Of a DNA stretch of 64,000 bases, positions 31,301 to 42,500 are shown one piece after another (within the stretch, counting starts at the first letter, position 1; every line of letters starts with the position of its first letter). Both the position numbers and the translations under genes were made by a program. The stretch covers positions 81,631-145,630 of the forward strand of contig JBGAJA010000004.1 of NCBI GenBank assembly GCA_044225175.1, read 5' to 3'. Source of the stretch: Candidatus Omnitrophota bacterium. Its GTDB lineage: Bacteria; Omnitrophota; Gorgyraeia; Zapsychrales; Fredricksoniimonadaceae. The notes under the pieces are model-generated. The model saw nothing but the letters and a program-made list of their open reading frames with translations. It was not told the DNA's origin and searched no databases.

Positions 31301-34300
31301 TTTTTATTCCAAAGCGTAAGAATGCCTATTGCAGTTCCATCTCCAACATCCTTATAACTCGTGGTAAGAAAATACGTACCATCTGGAGATAAAGCAACGG
31401 CTGTTATGTCTTCACGATCACTTGTGTTAATGGGCTCTTCCTGTGTGGACCATGTCCCATCAGCTTCTTTACTGGAAATTCTGACCTTCCCAGCCTGCGT
31501 TACAGAGACATAAAACTTTCCATCAGAGGCCACAGCAACAGCCGCTGTAAAACCATCTCCCTTAGAGTTTAATTCGTGAAATTTGATCTGTTCCGGGACT
31601 AATAATTTCTTAGCTATTTCCCAAATCCTAGCGGCTCCATCATCACTTGATAACACAATATAACGGCCGTCGGGACTATAGGCGGCGGTAGACACCCCAT
31701 ATGGAAATCCTGTTAAAGGCTTTCCTATTTGCTGTCTTGTTTGCACATCCCAAAACCTAACAGATCCATCATCACCTGCTGTCACAATATAACGACTATC
31801 TGGACTAAATACTACGCTCACCACTTCCTTATCAAGTCCTTTTAAAGGCTCACCTATTGGCTGTCTTGTTTGGGCATCCCAAATTCTGACCGGGCCATCA
31901 AAACTTACTGTCACAATATAACGTCCATCAGGACTATAGACTGCTGAGCTGAACACTGAATCATCATGTTCTATTAAAGGCTCACCTATTTGCTGTCTTG
32001 TTTGCGCATCCCAAATCCTAACTGTGCCATCACGACTTGCTGTCATAATATAACGGCCGTCGGGACTATAGGTCGCGGTATAGACCCCATTTGAATGTCC
32101 TTTTAAAGGCTTTCCTATTTGCTGACCTGTTTGTGCATCCCAAATCCGAACAATGCTATCATGACTTGCTGTCACGATATAACGACCGTTTGGACTATAG
32201 GCCGCCGAAGTCAGATAATCCTCATGTCCTGTTAAAGTCTCTATTGGCTGTCTTGTTTGCGCATCCCAAATTGTAGCGGTCCTATCATCACTCGCAGTCA
32301 AAATATAACGACCATCTGGACTAAATACTGCGCTCATCACTAACCCAGAATATACTCTGAAAGGCTCACCTATTTGCTGGCCTGTTTGTGCATCCCAAAT
32401 CCGAACTGTCTTATGATCAGATACTGTCACGATATAACGACCATCGCGACTATAGGCTGCTGATCTCACAAAATCAGTATGTCCTGTTAAAGTCTTGATC
32501 ATCTTTCTTTGATCATCAGGCAAGAGCTCTAATAATCCTCTTTTGCCTTGATTGGCCATGATTTCGTTGATCTGAGCAATGACTTTCTCAAGCTCTTTCT
32601 TCCACTTACTTTCAGGCACAAATGCTGCTTTAACTTTAAGCTCATCTTGCCTTGCCTTTAATCTTTCAATCTCACTAGTAAAGAAATCAATCCCTGCCTG
32701 GAATGGATTATTCTCAACCCCTCCTAATTCTTCTAAATGAGACCTTTGTTCCTCAAGAAGTTTAATCACTCGTCCTATGTCTTCGACAGTATCCTTATGC
32801 CCCTGAACAATTCCTTCAATCGTACTCTTCACCTCTGCCAGTGGGTCGGCACTCATGGCTTGATCTGAGCTACCGGTCTTTGCAGTGTTTGGCTTAAATA
32901 TCTTTGTTGTTATGATCTTTCCTTTTAAATCGTCTGTTAAAAGTCGTCCATCAAGGAGACTTTCCTCTTTAGCAATCAATAGTTCTAATTCTTTTTTTCG
33001 AGCTTCTAATGTGCTTAATTCCTGTTGAAGTACATCTTGTCCATCCTTAGGAACATCGGTATCGGGTGTCTGTGGTTCCAATGGTTTAAAAATCTTCCGA
33101 ATTACGGTTGTAGGATGATCTTTAGTTGTAATGAACACACTCGTTCCATCAGGACTAAATCCAATCACAGCATTAACGGCGTCCCCAAGGGAAAAACTTT
33201 TAATTTCTTCTCCTGTTTCAATGTTCCAAATCTTGGCTGTCCCATCCTTGCTCGCCGTAGCGAGCATTCTTCCATCAGGACTAAAATTAACTGAGTCCAC
33301 AAAATAAGAGTGGCCGTTCCACACCCTTATTGTTTTTCTCTTTATAATGTCCCAAACTATGAGCGTACAGTCAGACCCCGTTGCTATTTGGTTTCCATCC
33401 GGACTAAACGCCATGGAATAGATATTGTTGGGCTGTTCTAATGTTACTTCCCTTCTTCCAGTGTCCACATCCCATATCCTTACCGCTTCTCCCGTAGACA
33501 TTTTAATGGTCGCAGCCACCTGTGTGCCATCTGGACTAAAAGCGACTTTTGAACTAAGAGATGTTTTATATCCCAATAATCTCTTCAGTTCTACCCCTGT
33601 ATTCACATCCCATATTCTGATTTTATCTAAAGTTGCTATAACAATCTTTGTACCATCAGAACTCAAGCTCATTGCTTTAAAATTTGTTATGTTCTCTAAT
33701 GTCCTGATTTTTGTTCCTTTATCAACATCCCATATAATCACTTGGGAATTATTCATCGTAGCTATCCTTGTTTCATCTAAACTAAAAACAGTTCCCCAAC
33801 TTATATAATCTCTTAGCGTGTGAAGTTCTTTTAGATTTGGAACATCCCATATTTTAATTATTCCACCTTTGCGTACTGTGACTGCTCTACTCCATTTTGG
33901 CCCTAAAACCATTGAGTCCGTAATGTATTTTTCATCTGGTAATAGCTCTATGGGTTTAATCTGGTCTTCTGGCAAAATTTCCATTTGTTCTTGGCTTGTT
34001 TGCTTTTCTTTAGATGAAGATTCTTGTCTTTCAATTGGTTTAAATATGTTCCAAATCTCAGATCCGAAAGCATCCACTATAAATATTTTACCTTCCGACA
34101 GTATTTGGGCTGATTTCAGTCCAACCACCTCAGCGGTAACCTCTACCTCCCATTTACGTCTGGATATTTTCTTCCATATCTTGACGGTACGATCCTCACT
34201 CGCTGTGAATATTCGTCCATCTTCCAACATATGAGCTGCAACAACGGTACCGTTATGCCCTAGACTATAGCGATCTTTTTCTTCTAAAGTAGCTTCCACT

Positions 34301-36590
34301 TCCCAGCTTTTGTCTTTGTTCTGACGCCATATTTTAGTTGTCCTGTCATAGCTGGTAGACAATATTCTTCCATCTGGCAGCATCTGAGCTGAATGGACAA
34401 TGTCTTCATGTCCTTTTAATGTAGATTCAACTGACCACTGGTTGAGAGAATCTTCTTTCCAAATCTTGAGTGTCGCATCTTTACATGTTGTTAATATTCT
34501 TCCATCTTTCAGCATTTGCGCAGAGGTGACCCAGTTTGGATGCTCTAAATTAGCAGCCACATCCCATTGATCCGCTGAAGATTCTTTCCATATTTTTGCT
34601 GAGCTATCATCACTTGCTGTTAACAGTCTTCCATCCGGTAACATTTGGATGGAATTAATACCGTACTCATGTCCCTTAGGATTAGTATTCTTTGATTCCA
34701 AAGTAGAAGTAATCTGCCATTTGTTCTTCGATTTCTGCATCCATATTTTGATCTTTCCATCATGACTTCCCATCACAATTCGTCCATCGGGTAACATTTG
34801 GGCCAAACTAATTGAGGTTTCTTCCTTCTTTGGCCATGATAATGTTACGAGAACTTCTAATTGATCCTTTGATGTCCTACGCCATATCTTGACTGTGTTA
34901 TCAATACTTGCCGTTAATATTCGTCCATCTTCTAATATTTGATTTGAAAAAATAAGGTCTAAATGCCCTTTAGGATTTTCATCTTTATCAAAAGAGAACT
35001 TCATCTCTTCATGGGTCCACTGATCTATGGGCAGTATTTCTCTGGGGGCATTAGAATTCTCAATTTTTTGACTAGATTTAATTCCACGTCTCAGTTGCTT
35101 AATTCGAGCGATCACTTGCCCAAGTTCTTCTTTATGCTTGCTCTTAGGAGTAACCGCTGCTTTAAGCTCATCTTGCCTTACCCTTAATCTTTCAATCTCA
35201 CTAGTAAACAAATCAATCCCTGCCTGGAATGGATTATTCTCACCCCCCCCTAATTCTTCTAAATGAGACCTTTGTTCCTCAAGAAGCTTAATCACTCGTC
35301 CTATGTCTTCTACTGTATCCTTATGGCCCTGAACAATTCCCTCAATTGTACTCTTTACATCTGCCAGCGGGTCGTTGGCTGTATTCATGGCTGCATCTTT
35401 AAACTGGCTCTTGATGGCAAATAAATGTGACTTTTCAAAGGATTGCACTGCCCGATCTTGAACATCTTTCGGAACACTTGACCAGTCTTTGTACACCATA
35501 GCCTGGTCTAATGCTGCCTGCGGATTGAATCCTCCAGAGAAGTATTTACGGGCCACCATCTGGCGTTTACCCTGAGCGTCAGTCGAAGGGTCTTCCTTGA
35601 TATAGTTAAACACCCCCTGCTTGTAGGACTTCAAATAATCCTGGAATATCTTCTCTTCTTCCTTAGGATCTTTCTTCTGTAACCCTTGGGTCTTGCCTTT
35701 GTTCACATAGGCTTTAGATAGAACACTCTTTTTTAGCTCTTTCTTGTACCAAGCTGCCAAGACCATGGAATTGACAATCTGGCGTAAGGGGGCAAAGTCT
35801 TTGGATTGGTTGACTGCTTTCTCTAACTCAGGAATCACGATCTCACGGACAATTTGACTACATAAAAAGGTGTCAGACACCTTTTTATCCATCTGCCCGC
35901 TCAAAAGGTGTCTGACACCTTTTTGTGGGCTAAAATAGTCTTCTTCCATCATTACCTTCAATTTCACATCCAACACCCATACTGTGTTGTCTTTCATCAA
36001 AAGTGATGCCTGATCCGGCAATATCCATACCTTGTTAAACGTATTAATCGGCACATTGGTATTCCCATACTTCTCTTGTACCTTCCCATACACCCTCTTC
36101 CAGAATTCTTTCCTCTATCTTTTCTTCCGGATACAGCAAGGATGCCATGATCTGTTTTAAGATATAGTCCTGATCTAACAGCTTCATCCCCATCACTGTT
36201 TCCCAAAATCCTCTGAGATCATTCGGTCTTTTTCATAGGGACTTAGGTTCACCCATAGGTGGTCATTGGGTATGGCTAAGGTTGAGAGGAAGTATTTGAT
36301 TAGTTTGGTCGATTCTTGTTTGATGTCCGTAGGGTATGATTTATCATGCCCTTTAATTGGGTTTGATGAATCAAACCCCTACGGTTAGGGTTTTCATCCG
36401 CATCCATCACAAAATCAAACTCAAAAGGCCGATTCGCATGCACCTTAAGGCCCTTCAACATAGGCACATTGCTGGCCATCGCAACCTCGTAGGTTCGTAA
36501 GGGCAGGTTCCCCTGGGCCTGGGCTGGGATTGGGCCTAGACCGGTTATCAAAAAGCTCACCAATGTTAAAATTGAGAATGGTTTTTTCAT
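28309..36590 (-). CDS. Giant multi-WD40 secreted protein (~2760 aa when repaired); 5' end broken by apparent frameshifts
   Basis: ORF pieces 36300-36590 and 28309-36093 align to the intact paralogue with five 1-nt indels (net -1) and one 3-nt deletion; several beta-propellers, helical modules, GGIDLNP end. Confidence 0.85.
31620..32490 (-). repeat. Seven highly similar WD40 coding repeats (~129 bp)
   Basis: Consensus GH..V.SA.YSPDGRYIVTAS.D.TVRIWDAQT.QQIG.PL. Confidence 0.9.
32635..32847 (-). repeat. Intragenic duplication of a ~70-aa helical module (copy at ~35161-35375)
   Basis: DPLA[D/E]VKSTIEGIVQGHKDTVEDIGRVIKLLEEQRSHLEELGG.ENNPFQAGID.FTSEIERL..RQDELK twice, near-identical DNA. Confidence 0.92.
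35864..35924. repeat. Pair of 23-bp palindromes in CDS
   Basis: 35864-35886 and 35903-35924 (second copy one A short). Confidence 0.93.
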
Positions 36591-39500
36591 GATTTATGGT
36601 TTTGCACGAAATCAGGAAGCGGCATGGGGGTGATATCTTTAATAATTGGAACCAAGCCTATGATTTCTTTGAATTCTAAAGGAATATTTGAATTTCCCAG
36701 ATCAGGTGTTTGACCCTGATTTTTAACATCTACTTTTAATACATCTGGATTAAGATCAATACCCCCTAAATCTGATTCTTTCAACATAGCTCGATCTGAA
36801 GGAGCGCTGGACTTGAACAGTTGGTATATTGCAGCCAATCCTACCGTTGTTCCAATGAATGACTTTCCATCTGGATGAAATGCTATGAAAACAAAATTAT
36901 AATCTGTCCCTGCATGAAATGTCATGATCTGGTTACCTGTGATCACGTCATATACCTTCATCCGACCATCCTCAGTGCTCGTAAGAATCTTGCTTCCATC
37001 GGTACTAAAGATGAGGGTTATATTAAATCGAGCACTCTCATCACTCTGAACGTTAATATTCTTGAGTACTTTTCCCGTACTAACATTCCAAACTTTGACT
37101 ATATGATCATCACTTGCAATGGCTATGCGTCTTCCATCTGGGCTAAAGGCGACCGCTAATACTTCTCTTTTGTTTCCTACATATGTCATTATTTTCACAC
37201 CTGTTGTGACATCCAACAGATCTATATTGCCATCATCGCTTGGAACAGCTACTTTGCTCGCATCGGGGCTAAAAGCAAAAGCTTCTAACGGAGCCCTCTC
37301 GACTGCAGATATTGATGTGCTAATTTTTTGTCTTGTTTTAGAATCCCATACGATAACGTTATCCCAACTTGCGGCAAGAGCCAGTCTTCCATCTGGACTA
37401 AAGGCAACACGCATTACTGGTTTTGGACTGTTTAATTTCTTAATTACCTTGCCCGTTTTTACACTCCAGATCCTGGCAGTATTATCCTGGCTTCCACTAA
37501 TGATCCTTTGTCCATCTGGGCTAAAAGCAACAGAAAATACCTGATAATTTTTCTCATGCCCTTCGAACACCCTCAATAATTTTCCTGTTCTTACACTCCA
37601 TATCCTCACTTTTCCATCCTCATGGGCAGTAGCTACTTGTTTTCCATTTGGACTAAACGCAGCAGACCGCACAAAACCTCTATAGTTTCCCAATTTCTTA
37701 GGGGCACCGATCTGGTCTTTAGGCAGAATTTCAAGCTGTTCTTTGGCATCTACCTTAACAGGTTTAAATTTATCATCTATCTTACGTCCAGAAACAACAG
37801 GCACTGATGCTGTTGCAAGGAGTTCTTTCCTGGTTTTTAATTTTCCAATCTCCTCATTAAGCAATGCAATCGCTTCACTAAACACATGCACATCACCCCC
37901 TGCAAGGGTTTCCAAATGACCTTTTTGTACCTCAAGAAGATCAATGATTCCCTGAACATCCTTAATTGTGTCTTGAGGCCTCTTAAGAATACCTTCAATG
38001 ATATCTTTAACATCCCTCGCATTATCTCTTAGTGCATTCATCGCAGAGTCTTTTAAATAGAAAGTTCTTACACCATACTCCTGAAGTCCATATAACATTT
38101 GTTCAAATGACTGTAGGCGGGTCATTTGATTGCCCGTTGTTTTATTAATCACCATCTCATCTAATCTGAGTTTTAAAATCCAGTCCGCCCCCTCTTCTAG
38201 AAACTTTGAAGGCCAACCTTTTTTCGCAATGATTGCTGTTCTTATGATGGCTCGCAAGTTGTCAATTCTTGCACGATTTTCTTGTGTGTGAGCTGGCGGC
38301 AAGGTTATATCGCAGCGTTTATCTAAAATGACACCTAATACTTGATAGGCATCTCTGGCCATATTGAATCGTTTTATTTTTTCTCCAATAGTCACAAGTG
38401 TTGGAAGAGTTAAGTTACTTCCCGCTGGCGCGTTATTTTGAATAGTTACATTTTGTTGAACCGTCATTTCATCAAATAATATTTCTAATCTTTGCTGCAA
38501 AGTTTCAATTTGACGATCGATGTTCCCCATGGTGTTTGTTTGCAAGAATCTAAGCACCCTGTCAATGTCTTCAAATCCTGTTTGTGGCTCACGAATGACC
38601 GGAAGATTCTGAACTAATACTCCCTCTCCTTTGAGAAAGTCCTCCAAAGCATTTTTAGTGGGGTCTTTTGAAAAGAGGCCTTGATCAATAAACACTTGCA
38701 CAATGTTGGAACGCCAGCGGATCAAATTTGCAGCATCTCCTTCTAATGTTAAATTCTCCAAAAGAAGGTCCAGAAGAATTTTCTGAGATATTATTCCCTT
38801 ACTTTGCCGATAATTGAACTGACGGACAATAGCTTTAACAAAAGATTTTAAATTACGAATACTAATTTCCTTATTACGCGGAAAGAATGTTGGATCTTTG
38901 ATTTGACGTCTAGAAATTTCCTGAGCAATGCCAATAATTCCCGAATATTCAATTTCTCCATCAGGATATTTCTTAGGCTTGCCACCAGCATCAAGCTTAG
39001 GCTCACCAATCAAGTGTGGATTAACAGCAAATTGCAGGGAATCCACTATAGATTTCCCGACAGCTGCTTCGTTGAGGTAATAAACCATTTCTTGAGGCGG
39101 CATATCCTCAAAATCAATGACCATATGACGTTCAATAAAGTCATCCGGAAATGATTTGATCCTCTCTCCGCTGCCAGGACGATTAATCGTATGAATAATA
39201 CCAGAACCAGGCTGCCCAAAAGTGACCTGAGACTCTTTGGTTGGATCATGAATCATGTTTCTTTCAGCATATTCATTGAGTAATGAAAGTACGGAAGGGC
39301 GTCCTTGATTGCTTTCATCCATATTTAAGATTTGCCCATGACCATGGCCATCGTCCATAATCGAAGGTAATATCCCAGGAAAAAAACGTGTACGGAAAGA
39401 CTTAAGCGCTCTTGAAAAAGTCAAATGATACCTACGGGTTTCTTCATTGATTTCCGCCTTTAGAATTCCTGGGGCATTCAACAATTTTTGGATGGCGAAT

Positions 39501-42500
39501 GTCATAGTACTTTTTCCTGTTCCAGGTTTTCCTACAAATATCGCGTGTTTACCCAAACCATGCCCTTGAAGATACACATACAATTTAAGAGAGTTCTTAG
39601 CGCTTTCAATCCACTCCTTGATTTCAGAGGGTAATCTACCTGATCGGATTTCTGCCTTTGGATGAAGAGGAACTCTGATGGGATCCCAGAATTCTGCTGA
39701 TGCTCCACTTGGAGTAATGATCAAATAATCACCATCCACTTTAAAAGAGGATTCTTTGAACTCCAAAGGCGGTTTATTTGGACTATCTATACGCCATGCC
39801 TTAAAAGCATGTAATGCACCTTGATAAGTATTATTACGGTCTTCTTCCGCTTTAAAATTATAATAATATTGAATCACACTTAAAGGCCGATACTCCCAGT
39901 CTTTCTCGAAATTGATAAAATGAGTGATGATATTTTTAATAACACGAGGAGATGGCGGCCGTTTCAGGTTCTGAGCAATTCCAGAGGCTGGGCCATTCTT
40001 AAAAAGATCCATAATTTGAGGGTCCTGCGCCATTTTCTGGACTAAATAGTTAGAGTCCAATAAATTCCAAGATTCCCGATTAGCAAAAATAACAGCCTGT
40101 TGTTGAGCACTATAACCTGCAAATGATAGTCTAAGTTCGGCTGCAATACGGACTAATTCAGTAATATCATTTTGCAATTTTTGCCTAAAATTTTCCCAAT
40201 CATCTTTATGAATTCCCTTCTGACGGGCCAAATTTAAAGCATATTCTAGCTGCCAGGCCACTTCATCTTCAGGCCAGTCCCAATAAAATTCCACATCTTT
40301 AAATCTGTCTTGCATGGGCGCATTTGCTTCAAAGCTAGTACCAGTAATACCCGAGCGGATACGATTGACGCTTGCTAATAGCCTGGCGCGCGGGTGATTA
40401 GGCAAAGTCTCAAAACGCGTAATTCCGTCTCGAACAATGGGCCATTTATGAGTTTTGCCTGTGATATGAGATTTGAGGGAATTTAATACGCTTTGACGAA
40501 TTTTATGGGCTTCACGAATGACAAACCACCCTCCTTTATGCATGACCTCATTGAGACCTGAGGGTATGACCCCTGAAGTGCCTGCTTCTTCTGCTCCAAC
40601 GGATTGAGGTCCACTTTCAAGATCTTCCACATCGAGATCTCCATCTCCCGACATCACATATACCTCTTCATTCAATAAATGAGCTGTAGCCATTAAAATT
40701 TCATCTTTTCCAAGACCTGTCTCACCGATTAAACGAACTGCAATTCCATCCCATGAATCACTAGCTGTTTCATTATTAAAACGCAATCGACTTTCGACCT
40801 CCCACTGAGAAGATTTCTTAAAGATAATGACTTCTCCGTCATTATGATTGTACGCAAATACTTTTTCACTGTTGATTTTATAGATATTCCATTGACCTTC
40901 TTGCAATTCAGAAATAGGCAATTCCTTAGCTATATCATCTTTAGGAATATCTATTGAAACGGAATCAAAAACTTTAATAGGTGTGTATCCTCCATGATTA
41001 TCATCTTTTTGCAAAAGCTCAATCTGACCATCTTCAATTTGTCTTAGTCCATAACGGTGGTCTGCTGAATAAGACATATCGATATGGTTGGAGTTATACA
41101 GGGCATCTAAAATTTTAATCATTTTATCCTCAGTAGAGGCCGTCATTGGAATCGTAGTCGTGGGGACATTTGAACCTCCAAGCCCTCTTTGCCAATAAAG
41201 AGCTTCTTCATTAGGACGTTTAAAGACTAAAAATTCATACCCATTTCTAGTTTGAGTAAAGAAATGTTTATAATCGCCCAAAGGTTTCATTTCTCCAAAC
41301 TGAACCTGTGGATCAGAGGTCATGGCCGCATCTACACTGTCCAGCCAGCTGACTCCAGGAGCAGGTGCTCTGATGGAATTAGCAAAAGAGTCCATGACTG
41401 CATTAGGGAGATCTCCAAACGAGGCCGGAGCAATCACACGATGAGGATATTCTTTATTCTGAAGCTGCGAGGCACGCACTTGATTCATATTTCCTAAAGG
41501 AATGATATACACATGAGCACCCTCATCCTCTGCTTGCTGAAGAGTAGTATGGACTTTCCCTTTTTGATCCTCATCCACATCTTCATCCGTCAAAGCAAAA
41601 AGGATGCGAATACTTTTCTCTCCACTGGAAACGGAATCCTGAGAAGATAATAAACGTTCAATATACTTAAAAAGATTGGATGCATAATGAGTACCTCCAC
41701 CTGCATTTAATTTCTTCCACACATCATAAAGTACACGTTCTTTACGAAAATTCTGCTTGCGAGATGTCTCATGGGAAATCATGGTTTCCCCTGGTGCATC
41801 CACAAAAAGACCAACTTCAAATTCAATAGGCGCATATCCTCTGGACTGACGAACTTCATTATGGTTTAAGATAGCGCTCATCATGACAAAATAAATAATC
41901 CTGGCCATTTGAATGGGAAAAATACCCCGTTCATTGTCAACTCCCATACTTCCGCTTCGATCCATCACAAATGACACTTTAACCGGAAGAGGTTCATTAG
42001 GTTTCCATTTGCCAAAAGCAGGTCCCCCTGAAATGGCTGCCACCACATTTGCTAATATCGCACCTTGCTCCAAATCTCTTTCAAAAGTAATATCAACACT
42101 AGGGAGGGTTAAGACTTCCAGAGCTTTAGTAAAACGTTGAATCAGCTTGCCAACTGTGATTGTTTTACCCTTATTTGTAATTTCAATTTCGAGCCATTTG
42201 TTATATTCTTTCCATTCATCCATGGTCAAACCTGTTCGGTTCTTGATCATCTCTTCTTCCGCACGAGCTGCTGCAAGAGGGTCGAAAGGTTTGACAGTAA
42301 TAGGTCTAACAGGAGGTGTGGTTGGTCTTTGACTATTCAAAAAATCATCCACATCTGGAATATTCACCTTATCTGGCATGGATAATTCTTGGCTGTCCTT
42401 TGTCGCAGGCTTGTGTTGTTGGGGTTGATCTTCACTAGCCGGTTGAGAATTTGATGATGAACTTTGGGATGGTTGATTTTGCGATTTCTTTGATGATTGT

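Noticed and set aside
32635-35375. Duplicated segments as DGR template/variable repeats
   Set aside because: No reverse transcriptase in the window, both copies are coding, and differences are not evidently adenine-specific
35900-36400. Programmed frameshifting or phase variation in gene 2
   Set aside because: Five scattered indels in short (3-5 nt) runs, partly compensating, fit sequencing error better than a single slippery site
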